Positions 9,489 through 18,896 of a stretch of DNA of 64,000 bases are shown one piece after another. Below the pieces are notes generated by a model. The model was not told the origin of the DNA. It worked only from the letters and a program-made list of their open reading frames with translations, and made no database searches. Source of the stretch: a virus; the IMG/VR virus record IMGVR_UViG_3300003323_000915, positions 13,249-77,248 of that record; one strand, written 5' to 3'. The position numbers were made by a program, and so were the translations under genes. Numbering within the stretch: position 1 is the stretch's first letter; the number at the start of each line of letters is the position of its first letter.

Positions 9489-9663
9489 TATCTTCGTCAT
9501 GTTCAAGACTTTGAATAACATCAACAAGTGATTCGAATTGACTATAGTCTTCTTCCGGATCTGTCGGATTAAAAATGATCTGAATCACGCTCGCTGTGGA
9601 GAAATGTTTTATCGACACATGCTTTCCTGTTATCTCTGCAAAATTGATGTTTTTCCAACTCAT
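9418..9663 (-). CDS. Hypothetical protein
   Basis: 81-aa ORF coupled to the upstream ORF. Confidence 0.45.
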   Translation of the reverse strand: MSWKNINFAEITGKHVSIKHFSTASVIQIIFNPTDPEEDYSQFESLVDVIQSLEHDEDITGTSSPIATTNLQNTPDPDTRI

Positions 9664-9962
9664 ATGTTTGACATTATTAAACTTAAACAGGCAGCTTTTG
9701 CTGATGTGTACTGAATGTCAGTCGCCCACCATGTATTGAAAATCCATTCACTAAACGATCTCTCAATATCCATCTCCGCCGGCAAATCCATATCGCTGTT
9801 TACACTCTGCGTATGATTCAAGGTGGCGTCCATCGCTTCATCATCGTACCATGAATTCGATACAAATCGGACATACGATGCGTCATCAGGAATAATGATC
9901 ACACCTGGCTTTTGATCATTGACGTTTCTCCTTAAAAATGTTTTTCCGTCTCGTGTTATCAT
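9660..9962 (-). CDS. Hypothetical protein
   Basis: ATG at 9962 with an A-rich leader. Confidence 0.55.
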   Translation of the reverse strand: MITRDGKTFLRRNVNDQKPGVIIIPDDASYVRFVSNSWYDDEAMDATLNHTQSVNSDMDLPAEMDIERSFSEWIFNTWWATDIQYTSAKAACLSLIMSNI

Positions 9963-10157
9963 GGCATTGTTTTTTTTAAATAAAAGATAGGGCTTACATG
10001 CAGCACAACCCGGGACCACTCCCTTTTTTTAGACTGCAATGCCTATGTCTTTGATGTCGATTAGTAAGATTTTTTTGTTCTTTAATGATGTATTTTGAGT
10101 TGATCTCCTAAGTTAGATAATTTTCTCATATCAGAAATATTTTGGTATATTTATACT

Positions 10158-11279
10158 GTGAAGTTGATATTGAAAATTAAACTTTTGCCAACTGACGAAC
10201 AGGCTAACTTGCTTATCAATACCATGAAGCAAGCCAATACTGTTTGTAATGCCATCTCTGATGTGGCTTGGCAAGAAAAGATTTTCAATAACCTTAAACT
10301 GCATCACAAAGTTTACCATTATTACAAAAGAAACTTTCAACTTTCTTCCCAAATGCTTATTAGGCAAATAGCTAAAGTTGCTGATGCCTATAAGTTGGAT
10401 AAGAAAACTAAACGCACTTTTAAGCCACTTGGTAGTATTGCTTATGATAGTAGGATAATGACCTACAAATCCAACAATGTAGTTTCCTTGTGGTGTATTG
10501 GTGGTAGAGAAAAGATTAACTTTGTTTGTCATAACCCTTCTTATATTCCTTACATTAAAGGGGAAGCTGATTTGGTTTACAAGAAACGTAAGTTTTACCT
10601 TTTCCAAACTGTTGATGTTCCCGAAGAAGATGTTGATGATATAGAAGAATTTATTGGTTGCGATTTTGGTATAAACTCGATTGTAACTACTTCTGATGGT
10701 GTTGAGCATTCTGCTGATGGGCTTAACGCATACCGTGAACATCGGCAAAGGGTTCGGAGTTCTATTCAAAGCAAAGGCACACGCAATTCTCGCAAGTTGT
10801 TGAAACGGCTTTCTGGCAAAGAAAGGACTCACGCTTCCATTGTTAATCACACTATTGCAAAATTCATTGTTCAATCTGCTAAAGAGCAAGGTATGGGAAT
10901 CGCTTTGGAGGACCTTACTGGCATTCGATTTACGAGCAAAAAGAGAAACAAAAAGTTTCGCACGAAACTTGGTAAATGGAATTTTTCTATGCTTAGACAG
11001 TATATTGAATACAAGGCGTTGCTTAATGGTGTGAAAGTCATAGCTATTGCTCCTGCATATACTTCTCAGACTTGCAGTATTTGCAAACACATTGGAAGAC
11101 GAAATAATAAGCACTTTAAGTGCAACAACTGCGGAAATGATATGGATGCCGATGTTAACGCATCGCTGAATATCGCTACGCTTGGGCGTGCCGTAAATCA
11201 CGCTGGAAGATGGAATGATATGTGCTGTACTGTGCATTCGTTTGCGTCTAAAAACCACCGATATTTAGTTGGTGGGTAG
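10158..11279 (+). CDS. tnpB: TnpB RNA-guided endonuclease (IS200/IS605 family)
   Basis: RuvC-I GCDFG, RuvC-II IALEDL, Zn finger YTSQTCSIC...CNNCG, RuvC-III DADVNAS; all three catalytic residues present. Confidence 0.93.
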   Translation: MKLILKIKLLPTDEQANLLINTMKQANTVCNAISDVAWQEKIFNNLKLHHKVYHYYKRNFQLSSQMLIRQIAKVADAYKLDKKTKRTFKPLGSIAYDSRIMTYKSNNVVSLWCIGGREKINFVCHNPSYIPYIKGEADLVYKKRKFYLFQTVDVPEEDVDDIEEFIGCDFGINSIVTTSDGVEHSADGLNAYREHRQRVRSSIQSKGTRNSRKLLKRLSGKERTHASIVNHTIAKFIVQSAKEQGMGIALEDLTGIRFTSKKRNKKFRTKLGKWNFSMLRQYIEYKALLNGVKVIAIAPAYTSQTCSICKHIGRRNNKHFKCNNCGNDMDADVNASLNIATLGRAVNHAGRWNDMCCTVHSFASKNHRYLVGG

Positions 11280-11304
11280 TTTACTTTAAAACATCATGAA
11301 TACT
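11170..11304 (+). ncRNA. Putative omegaRNA overlapping the tnpB 3' end, with flanking guide
   Basis: Right-end hairpin CCACCGA...TTGGTGG (11255-11275), then GTAGTTTAC ending at 11284; predicted guide begins TTTAAAACATCATG. The 5' limit is a guess. Confidence 0.6.
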
Positions 11305-11309
11305 ATTTG

Positions 11310-12023
11310 TCAAAATTTCTTTATCACATACCCCACGCCAATCGTCGGCTGCACTTGATCTGTCCAGGGCCGCCCATACATAAACGGCAGGTAGCTTACA
11401 CCGATAAACACGCCCCATCGCTTATCGCGGATATTGTCAACCAGTACGTTCGTAGTGCCGGTGATCCTTGAGTTCCTGTTGCTGAATATCGTGGTGCTGT
11501 AATATTTCTCTGTGCCAAACATCCATTTCTTCTTCACCGATATAACTGTCTTTGCCGTGTCCAGGTAATCATAGTCATAATGTGCGTGCAGTGAGTCATA
11601 CACCTTGGCGCGGAATGATAGATAACCATCTGAGACCTTCAAGTTCAAATAGGATCTGTTCACTCCGGCGCTGTCGGTATAATGGTAGTGGTTGACGGTG
11701 GTGTTGCCTTCGCCATGCGCGGAGAATTGGTTTGATATATAGGCGCGCATGTCTTTAAATTTTATATCGAATTGCTTATTGAGATCATCGACTATTTTCG
11801 GATACGCCTGAGCGATCTGTTTTGTCTGCAAAATGGCCGCATCTTTCTCAGCAACAGTTTGTCCGAGTTTGTTGGTATGGTATTTTATGATTGCGTCTTT
11901 CTCGATGGCAGAAGACATAAGATCCTCTGCTTCGTGTTGCTTTTTCTGTAGCCTGTCGAACAGGAATAACGCAAGTAACACAAGTCCTGTGATGATAGCG
12001 ATGTAGGTGAGGTGGATTTTCAT
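11310..12023 (-). CDS. Membrane-anchored protein, putative Bacteroidota-phage spanin-like
   Basis: N-terminal TM, coiled coil, C-terminal KRWGVFIGVSY...IGVGY amphipathic beta strands. Confidence 0.55.
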   Translation of the reverse strand: MKIHLTYIAIITGLVLLALFLFDRLQKKQHEAEDLMSSAIEKDAIIKYHTNKLGQTVAEKDAAILQTKQIAQAYPKIVDDLNKQFDIKFKDMRAYISNQFSAHGEGNTTVNHYHYTDSAGVNRSYLNLKVSDGYLSFRAKVYDSLHAHYDYDYLDTAKTVISVKKKWMFGTEKYYSTTIFSNRNSRITGTTNVLVDNIRDKRWGVFIGVSYLPFMYGRPWTDQVQPTIGVGYVIKKF

Positions 12024-12048
12024 GTGAATAAGGTTAGTAAAAAGGATC

Positions 12049-12249
12049 TCATGATTCGATTATTTTTTCATATCCACGACGCTTCTCAATTATCTCTATG
12101 GAGAGCCATGTGCAATCATACTGGGTTTTCATTTCAAATTTCTGCCCAATGTCTGGAGGAAACATCCCCGTACCGCGTGGGTGACCAGTGTACACGAAGA
12201 CATCGCCTATTTTGATTTCATTAATTGATTTTATCTTAACTGTTTTCAT
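12049..12249 (-). CDS. Hypothetical protein
   Basis: Small ORF in the leftward operon. Confidence 0.5.
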   Translation of the reverse strand: MKTVKIKSINEIKIGDVFVYTGHPRGTGMFPPDIGQKFEMKTQYDCTWLSIEIIEKRRGYEKIIES

Positions 12250-12265
12250 TGGAGTTGTTTTGTAA

Positions 12266-12625
12266 TTAGTTCTTTTGCTTAATATCAAAATATAAATTTT
12301 TCGCCTTCTCGTAGAAATCGCCCATGTTCATCTTTGGATATGGATTTGTTGGTCTATTTTCGATTCCATGACTATAAAACATGTCGTGTATAAAGTCAAG
12401 TAGCTTGTCATTACTGTCCTTCAGTTGATCGCGTTCTTTTTGAAGGGAGTCGATTTCATGTTGAAGGTAATGCATATGCTCGGCATCTGTAATACGCTGA
12501 TCATGATGATCCGACTCCCTTCGTTCAGTTTCCTGTCTCTCGATTCCCCTGGAGATCCACTCACATTCTTCTGGATTAAAGCAATCACGTCCAATGACGC
12601 CACCGCAGCCTTTACATATTCTCAT
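12266..12625 (-). CDS. Hypothetical protein with N-terminal Cys cluster and coiled coil
   Basis: CKGC...C...C followed by heptad repeats. Confidence 0.55.
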   Translation of the reverse strand: MRICKGCGGVIGRDCFNPEECEWISRGIERQETERRESDHHDQRITDAEHMHYLQHEIDSLQKERDQLKDSNDKLLDFIHDMFYSHGIENRPTNPYPKMNMGDFYEKAKNLYFDIKQKN

Positions 12626-12626
12626 A

Positions 12627-13193
12627 CTATTTTGATTTTGGTGGTTTAGGGAGTGGACGCCAGTGGGTGACTTGCATTTCATATTCGTAATTGTAGTCCC
12701 AATCACCTCTGGAATTATAGTGGGACAAATCAATGTTGCCATCATCATCTATTATCATCACCTGTTCTGAAGTTCCGTCACTTTCAATCACGGGAAAACG
12801 TTTTTTCACACTTATCCACTCCTCCTTATCTGCTAGAAGAGATTCGAGTTCTTTGATGCGGGCCTGATCTGATAACCATTGTCCAGTAAATCCTTTCAAT
12901 GACTCCTCCAACTCATTTATCTTCGATTCGTATTTTTCGATAAGCTCTTCCTCAGATTCAGCAACGGCAATCATTACACGGTTTGTGTCAATCTCCTTTT
13001 CTTTTTCACCTTTGAAATACTCCAATCGTTTATTATCTTCTTCGAGTTCCTTAATCTTCTCATCAAACTCCCTTTTAGCTCGGTTGTAGCCATCAACGAA
13101 TGCTTTACGCTGCTTTCTAACAACCATGGATTCTATATCATTGTCAGGATCATGTTGAATAAACATCTTCTCTGCTTCTTCTTGTGGTGTCAT
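12627..13193 (-). CDS. DUF551-domain protein
   Basis: EWISVKKRFP...VTHWRPLPKPP. Confidence 0.8.
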   Translation of the reverse strand: MTPQEEAEKMFIQHDPDNDIESMVVRKQRKAFVDGYNRAKREFDEKIKELEEDNKRLEYFKGEKEKEIDTNRVMIAVAESEEELIEKYESKINELEESLKGFTGQWLSDQARIKELESLLADKEEWISVKKRFPVIESDGTSEQVMIIDDDGNIDLSHYNSRGDWDYNYEYEMQVTHWRPLPKPPKSK

Positions 13194-13465
13194 GGCTTAG
13201 GCATTAAGTTTAAAATACTGTCTTTGTCAACGTAAGCGGATATATTCTTTTTGAGGTATGATTTACAATCGTAATCATCAAGATCCTCATGCTCACATGG
13301 TTCATACGAGTACAAAGCTTTCGCATTCTCTGCCGCTGCCTTCAACGCCTCGCATCCATACGATCTAAGCAATCTGTACAATTCATAATGCGACCAATAT
13401 GTTTTGGTGGGAGTTTTTGAAATGTAATCTTTTAAAAATTCCTCCGGTGTCCTTAGTGCTTTCAT
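13190..13465 (-). CDS. Hypothetical protein
   Basis: ALKAAAENA...VDKDSILN, a common Bacteroidota-phage pattern. Confidence 0.6.
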   Translation of the reverse strand: MKALRTPEEFLKDYISKTPTKTYWSHYELYRLLRSYGCEALKAAAENAKALYSYEPCEHEDLDDYDCKSYLKKNISAYVDKDSILNLMPKP

Positions 13466-13644
13466 ATCTCAAGAGTGTTTATAATCGATTGCTTAATCTT
13501 TTCGAAGTCTATGTCGATGGTATCCAGTAGACGCGGTAAGTCTTTAGGATTAGATTTTTTAAGGCTTGTAATGATCTTTTCGAAAGCCTCGATAGTTCGG
13601 TGACATTTCAAAAGCTCAAGGTGGTATTTTTCAAGTTGGCTCAT
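13462..13644 (-). CDS. Hypothetical protein
   Basis: Coupled ORF. Confidence 0.5.
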   Translation of the reverse strand: MSQLEKYHLELLKCHRTIEAFEKIITSLKKSNPKDLPRLLDTIDIDFEKIKQSIINTLEI

Positions 13645-13904
13645 TTTAGTGAATTTTTAAATTCAGTTAACAGATCGTCAGTAGTCAACCATCTGCCTTC
13701 CATATCCCATTGGTTATAGTGCACAAGAATGGCGTTTTTAGATGCCCAGTTGGAAAACTTCTTAGCGAACTCGTCTGCGTAGGATTCGATCATTCCGCAT
13801 ACTTCAGCAGGATGCTTTATATTTCCATCACCATCAACTAATGACTTTAATATTACCATCAACTCTTCCGGTTTATCTTTCCAAAAATCACTCATACCTT
13901 CCAT
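13641..13904 (-). CDS. Hypothetical protein
   Basis: Coupled ORF ending TTDDLLTEFK. Confidence 0.55.
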   Translation of the reverse strand: MEGMSDFWKDKPEELMVILKSLVDGDGNIKHPAEVCGMIESYADEFAKKFSNWASKNAILVHYNQWDMEGRWLTTDDLLTEFKNSLK

Positions 13905-14074
13905 TTTGATTTTATAAAACTAATGTTCGCAGACCTCATTTTCGGAGAGGATATTTTCATGGCGTATTCGATGATATATAGTGCCCGCACGTCAGGGTCA
14001 CTTACCTTGCCTTTGGTTTTTATGTCTATTCTCATATCTTTTAACTTTTTTCTTTGTTCAATTCCTGATGACGT

Positions 14075-14653
14075 TTAAAGATGACTTTCGATTAAATGCA
14101 CCAGCACATGAATAACTTTAATGTGCACCTCCTGTATCCTGGCAGCATGTCCAAAATATGGAACAACAATCGCTACGTCCGTGGGCTTGAGTAAGTCCAT
14201 GATCGACCCGCCTTGATTGCCAGTCAAAAATACGACTTTCATTTCTTTGAAGTGGGCAGCACGCACAGCAGTGAACACGTTCTCCGACAGCCCGCTTGTG
14301 CTGATGGCTAGCAGTAAGTCTCCAGGCTTCCCATGCGCCATTATCCAGCGAGCAAACACCGCGGCGTAGCTGTAGTCATTACTCACACAAGTCAAGTGCC
14401 CAGGATCTGATATAGCGATAGCCTCGATAGGGTCACGGTCTCTGTAATACCTGCCGGTTAGCTCGCTGGCGAAGTGCATTGCGTCACTCATAGATCCACC
14501 GTTGCCGCAGGAAATTATTTTCTTGCCAGACTTTATGGCCGTGATCATCGCTGTTGCTGCAAGTTCTATTGCAAGCAGATTGTCCGGGTCGTTGGTGAAT
14601 CGCTGTAGGACTACCTGCGCTTCTTCGAGTTCGGATTGGATGGTGGGTGTCAT
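14075..14653 (-). CDS. gmhA: D-sedoheptulose-7-phosphate isomerase (SIS domain)
   Basis: KIISCGNGGSMSDAMHFASELTGRY, HLTCVSNDY, LLAISTSG.SENV, RIQEVHIKVIH. Confidence 0.93.
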   Translation of the reverse strand: MTPTIQSELEEAQVVLQRFTNDPDNLLAIELAATAMITAIKSGKKIISCGNGGSMSDAMHFASELTGRYYRDRDPIEAIAISDPGHLTCVSNDYSYAAVFARWIMAHGKPGDLLLAISTSGLSENVFTAVRAAHFKEMKVVFLTGNQGGSIMDLLKPTDVAIVVPYFGHAARIQEVHIKVIHVLVHLIESHL

Positions 14654-14940
14654 GATTTAAGGTGGCTAATATGCTTCTCTATCAATTGATCTGCTATCTC
14701 GGATACTTTAGTGGAAACTGCCTCTTTTAATTTACCATATGATATACTGTTCCATATAGCGTCCTTTATAACCTTGCTGACCATTTCTTCAACGGTAGAT
14801 TGGAAATCATAATTCTCAACGGCTCGTTTAATGCCGTCCTCAAGTTGTTGCTTTACAGCTTCGTTATGAACGACCATTTGATGTATGACCTTTTGCGCTG
14901 ATATTTCAAGCTCAATTCTGAAGTTAGTGTAGTCTTCCAT
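14650..14940 (-). CDS. Hypothetical helical protein
   Basis: ORF coupled to gmhA. Confidence 0.55.
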   Translation of the reverse strand: MEDYTNFRIELEISAQKVIHQMVVHNEAVKQQLEDGIKRAVENYDFQSTVEEMVSKVIKDAIWNSISYGKLKEAVSTKVSEIADQLIEKHISHLKS

Positions 14941-14996
14941 TGATTCAGTGTTAAATGTTTGATGATATAATTTCCATATAGAAGGTAGAACTGATA

Positions 14997-15323
14997 TCAT
15001 ACCCCAAGTTGCTTTTTAATCTCACTGTATTTCATAGTTGGATTTGCCTTCCGAATTTTTATCACATCAACCAATGTCTTGAGTTGCACTTTATTCACAT
15101 TGCGCGGTCCTGCCACGGGCCGCAGTCCGACTTTGAATATGATATGCTGCGCGCGCCTGACGGAAATGCCGAGGATCTGCGCGACTTCTCTTGTTGTGTA
15201 GTATGCTCGCTCTATCCACTCTCCGTCGATATTGCGGAATATCTTCTCCACGGATAGCACATACACAACCTCATTAGTCGGCGGTAATTTTTTTAAGTCG
15301 TATAGGTTCTTGATTACACGCAT
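14997..15323 (-). CDS. HTH (MerR/excisionase-like) DNA-binding protein
   Basis: YYTTREVAQILGISVRRAQHII. Confidence 0.65.
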   Translation of the reverse strand: MRVIKNLYDLKKLPPTNEVVYVLSVEKIFRNIDGEWIERAYYTTREVAQILGISVRRAQHIIFKVGLRPVAGPRNVNKVQLKTLVDVIKIRKANPTMKYSEIKKQLGV

Positions 15324-15607
15324 TAAAATATCTGATGAGAAAGCCAAATACAAAACACCATGAAAACAAGCGCAACAGTGATGCCAGACATGAACGCATT
15401 CCAGACGGAACAAAATATATATCCATCGGTGAAGTAGTACTCAAAGAAATTTCTGTATCCGTTCCGGTAGAATTGCACTGTACTAATGATTGATGTGATG
15501 ATCCAGATTATAAATGCAACAATGTACATCGTGATCATTACTTTCACGCCATCAGCAGTCATTGGTCCGCCGCTGTATATTGGTATTATGATTGGATATG
15601 ATTGCAT
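15323..15607 (-). CDS. Two-TM membrane protein
   Basis: Hydrophobic segments. Confidence 0.55.
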   Translation of the reverse strand: MQSYPIIIPIYSGGPMTADGVKVMITMYIVAFIIWIITSIISTVQFYRNGYRNFFEYYFTDGYIFCSVWNAFMSGITVALVFMVFCIWLSHQIF

Positions 15608-15795
15608 CAGTTGAATATTTTAAGTAATGCCAATAAAATTAAAAGGAAGACAACTAAACCAACAGATATCAACATTGGACTCAATACCCACCACCACGAC
15701 CAGTCGATGTAGTGCGTTAATTTCAATACGATAAACGCAATTGTCAAAAGGCCGGTGAATCCGATGCCTGAGCTTGATGATGAATTTTTTGACAT
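15607..15795 (-). CDS. Conserved small phage membrane protein
   Basis: GIGFTGLLTIAFIVLKLTHYIDWSWWWVLSP family signature. Confidence 0.75.
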   Translation of the reverse strand: MSKNSSSSSGIGFTGLLTIAFIVLKLTHYIDWSWWWVLSPMLISVGLVVFLLILLALLKIFN

Positions 15796-15807
15796 GGTTT
15801 TATTGGT

Positions 15808-16113
15808 TTAAGCTTCAACTTTTTCGTTAACAATAACTTCGTATCCTTTCGCTGCCTCCCACACTTGGCGGAGGAACTCTTTATACTTGCTCATTTCCGG
15901 CGTGGACTTCAGTTTTATGCCGAATGCATGGGCTACATTGAACATGATCCGCAGCTCCATCATGGCGCCGATGTCGGTGCAGGCGCGGTATTGGAATGCG
16001 AGCCAGCGTTCGAATGTAGTGAGCTTGGCGCCCATGATAAGCCGTGATTGCAGGCTTTCTGTTTCTTCGAGTGTGATTGTTTTCATAAGGGGATTATTTT
16101 CGTAGTAGTTCAT
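15808..16113 (-). CDS. Hypothetical protein
   Basis: ORF in the operon. Confidence 0.55.
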   Translation of the reverse strand: MNYYENNPLMKTITLEETESLQSRLIMGAKLTTFERWLAFQYRACTDIGAMMELRIMFNVAHAFGIKLKSTPEMSKYKEFLRQVWEAAKGYEVIVNEKVEA

Positions 16114-16975
16114 GGCTTGCAGCGATTAAAGTTTCAAGATCTTTGAGTGAGATGCCTTTTTTGCAGCCGATGTCGACGTGGCTTATTTTGAACTGCCAAA
16201 TTCCAATTACCCTGGAGTAATTTGAAACCGCCTCAAACCAGCGCTCAAGATCAAACACTAGTATTTGCTCAGTACCGTAAACAACATATCCGTCTTTGAT
16301 TGTAACTTCGAATTTGCTATCCTCAGCTTCAAGCACCATTGTTTTGAATTTTGGTTTTGGTTCGGCATACACTGGCTCGAAGAGTGCAGTGTTATTAATA
16401 AGCACATCGTCACCAACACACACATCGCCTGGATTTGCGTCTTTCTCACACCATTGACCATAGTCGTTTTTATAAAGCATTGTTCCGTAATTCCATCGGA
16501 GTAAGTTTGATACCACTTTGTACCCGATGGGTTCTCGTTCTTCTTTATCTGGTTTTTGATCGGATTGATTAACCGAGAAATGATTCATGATCTCTTCGAC
16601 GGTGGCTTTGCGGACGTAATAGGTATTAGTTGCCCATCGTTCTGTTGCCTTAATTCCATAAACGTTTATAAATTCATTACTGACCTCACTTACTTTATAC
16701 ATACCCAAAGGTAATAATGGGCCTGAATCCGTAACACTAATGACCCATTCCCCAACATGAATCTCATCCCCTTCAACCATTGCCGCGAGTGCGAGAACTA
16801 ATTCTGGATTAGAGGCGTCAACTACCGTACGAGAATGCTTCAGGCACGGCATTGAGACATCTTTTTGATTGCGCAGGAACTCATCAGTATAACCTAGTGC
16901 GCAAAGCTTTGGTATTAATTCTTCGATTTGTTTCGGTGTTCCTTGTATGGCGAGTGGTGTTGCAAATTTTTTCAT
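16094..16975 (-). CDS. Hypothetical multidomain protein
   Basis: About 293-aa ORF; NPELVLALAAM and RKATVEEI motifs typical of Bacteroidota phages. Confidence 0.65.
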   Translation of the reverse strand: MKKFATPLAIQGTPKQIEELIPKLCALGYTDEFLRNQKDVSMPCLKHSRTVVDASNPELVLALAAMVEGDEIHVGEWVISVTDSGPLLPLGMYKVSEVSNEFINVYGIKATERWATNTYYVRKATVEEIMNHFSVNQSDQKPDKEEREPIGYKVVSNLLRWNYGTMLYKNDYGQWCEKDANPGDVCVGDDVLINNTALFEPVYAEPKPKFKTMVLEAEDSKFEVTIKDGYVVYGTEQILVFDLERWFEAVSNYSRVIGIWQFKISHVDIGCKKGISLKDLETLIAASHELLRK

Positions 16976-17340
16976 ATTGCACAAATGTTTTTGTTACTCA
17001 ATACAATGTTCCCTTTCACGCTGTGGATATATATCGAAGTTAGTTTGCCTTCGATTTTGTATTTCACATTGTACCAAACACCATTATCGCCAATACCATA
17101 ATAGGTAGCGGCGCCTGATCGCATTTCAAGTTCTCGGATAACAATGTTGTCATTGCCAGTCACGGCCTTAAAGAACAGACGATCGCATGACAGACCGGTC
17201 TTCGTTGTGGTTACCTGCACTTGGCGTAGGCCGCAGCCGTCTTTGTCTTTCACATACATCAAATCGAAATGTTCCTTGCTGGTGAACATGAAAGAATTGC
17301 AGGAACTTAAAATGAGTGCTAATAGGATGAAGGTTTTCAT
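16972..17340 (-). CDS. Putative lipoprotein
   Basis: MKTFILLALILSSC lipobox-like signal peptide. Confidence 0.6.
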   Translation of the reverse strand: MKTFILLALILSSCNSFMFTSKEHFDLMYVKDKDGCGLRQVQVTTTKTGLSCDRLFFKAVTGNDNIVIRELEMRSGAATYYGIGDNGVWYNVKYKIEGKLTSIYIHSVKGNIVLSNKNICAI

Positions 17341-17353
17341 AATTAGTTTGCAG

Positions 17354-17515
17354 TTATTGTTCGTTGATAAAGTAAATCCCATTCATTGGCGGTCCGTCGT
17401 ATGGCTCGTGCTTCATACTACACGCATCGTTGATCGATGAGAAAAACCATGCTTCGAACCAGTCGGTTGTGTTGTAAACTCTATAGTTAATGCGGATGGT
17501 GTAGAGGCGGTTCAT
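17354..17515 (-). CDS. Small hypothetical protein (53 aa)
   Basis: Hand-translated MNRLYTIRINY...FINEQ. Confidence 0.45.
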   Translation of the reverse strand: MNRLYTIRINYRVYNTTDWFEAWFFSSINDACSMKHEPYDGPPMNGIYFINEQ

Positions 17516-17551
17516 TTTTTTTCTAGCATTTAGGTTCCCCCTTCCAATATT

Positions 17552-17785
17552 TTATCTACAGATTAGCCGATAACCGACCCATGCAGGTTTGATTCCATTT
17601 AACTTTCCTTTGCTTTTACCTTTGACGGCTTTCGAATTTTTATCGTTGGGATGCGCGTCGGCTTTATATCGATGATCAAACGCCATCATATTATTTTCAT
17701 TGATATATAAATCGGGATTATCATCTTCCTTGACTAATATCCCCAAGCGGATCATTAGATCAATAATATGTGTTGGTTGTTCCAT
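17552..17785 (-). CDS. Hypothetical protein
   Basis: 77-aa ORF preceded by the 11-mer. Confidence 0.55.
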   Translation of the reverse strand: MEQPTHIIDLMIRLGILVKEDDNPDLYINENNMMAFDHRYKADAHPNDKNSKAVKGKSKGKLNGIKPAWVGYRLICR

Positions 17786-17793
17786 GTCTAAAA

Positions 17794-18168
17794 TTAGTTT
17801 GCTTTGATGTTTGGTTGTTCAATCGATATATTGTCTCTGTGATCCTGGCATGGCTTAGATAAACAACCGGATGCGCAGAATAAACTTTGCTCTATGCGTG
17901 TTAATTCGTCGGCTGTTTGTCCTGTGTGGCATGCGATTGTCCTGGATGTGCCGTCTTTGAATTTTAATTCAAGAACTGGCGTAGCCCAGTAACTTCCGCT
18001 GATGCCGCCTAAAATTTCTTTATTGAAATCTTCTGTAAATCCTGATTCACTCGACCAAACTTGAGTTGCTGTCCAAAACCAATCCTCATGCATACCCATC
18101 GTAGCTTCTTCAATATTTGGAGTTGAGATGATGATTTGTTTTGCGAGAATGAAGTTGTAGTCTGCCAT
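17794..18168 (-). CDS. Conserved phage hypothetical protein
   Basis: GMHEDWFWTA...GISGSYWATP; ends KAN* inside the 11-mer. Confidence 0.65.
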   Translation of the reverse strand: MADYNFILAKQIIISTPNIEEATMGMHEDWFWTATQVWSSESGFTEDFNKEILGGISGSYWATPVLELKFKDGTSRTIACHTGQTADELTRIEQSLFCASGCLSKPCQDHRDNISIEQPNIKAN

Positions 18169-18179
18169 GATTCCTAAAA

Positions 18180-18335
18180 TTAGTTTGCTTTGTTTTTTAA
18201 TTTCTTCACGCGCCAAACACCCATGATTATCGCGCAATCTTTATCGTGTGGATCTGCATACCATACTTGGATCTCTTTAGCGGATGCTATATAGAAATAG
18301 TATTTACCGATCTTACTTTGGGTGTACAGTTCCAT
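18180..18335 (-). CDS. Small hypothetical protein (51 aa)
   Basis: Hand-translated MELYTQSK...KLKNKAN*; bounded by an 11-mer at each end. Confidence 0.55.
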   Translation of the reverse strand: MELYTQSKIGKYYFYIASAKEIQVWYADPHDKDCAIIMGVWRVKKLKNKAN

Positions 18336-18337
18336 AA

Positions 18338-18697
18338 TTAGTTTGCGCTTAAAGACCTGTGCTTGATTAAATTCGTTTCATGGATGTGCTCCCAGAGCCA
18401 GACTGCCCAGGGTTCGTCGCTAATGTCGAAGATAACGGTTTCGCCGCCGCGGGTGTAGCTGTATTCTATTTTGGTGCCAGTGAATATAAATTTCTCTACG
18501 TGGAAGATCGAGCGCGATAAAATAAACTCGATTCCGCCGGCTATCTGCTTTAAATAGAACCCGTACTTCTTCACGTCTACCGTTCCGGCCATCATTCGCA
18601 CAACAGCGTACTTCTGCATTCGCATTAATTCCATGGCATGCTTTCGTAATGCCGTTCGCTCTTTCTTGTCTTCAATGCCAATGAATTGTGTTTTCAT
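18338..18697 (-). CDS. Hypothetical protein
   Basis: Bounded by 11-mers; ends SAN*. Confidence 0.6.
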   Translation of the reverse strand: MKTQFIGIEDKKERTALRKHAMELMRMQKYAVVRMMAGTVDVKKYGFYLKQIAGGIEFILSRSIFHVEKFIFTGTKIEYSYTRGGETVIFDISDEPWAVWLWEHIHETNLIKHRSLSAN

Positions 18698-18717
18698 AAT
18701 TAGTTTGCTTTGTGTAA

Positions 18718-18892
18718 AAAGATAGGCGTAAATACTCCCTATTTTCATCCTGGTTGCTGCTGACCTCTAGGGTAGTCAAGGCAAGGGCCGTAGCTCTACA
18801 GCAGCTTATTCCAGCCAAGTATTTACAATCCTATCTTTATAAAGTCCCGGACACACGAAGAAAGACCCTCTCTGAAAAACTTCGATGCCGGG
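18718..18892 (-). ncRNA. Candidate structured intergenic RNA (two hairpin domains)
   Basis: Nested complementary segments 18718-18736/18818-18838, 18750-18753/18811-18814, 18756-18762/18799-18805; second hairpin 18846-18892. Confidence 0.45.
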
Positions 18893-18896
18893 GGTG

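Noticed and set aside
10131-11258. 375-aa antisense ORF
   Set aside because: It is the mirror frame of tnpB, which carries all the family motifs; the antisense product has no recognisable features.
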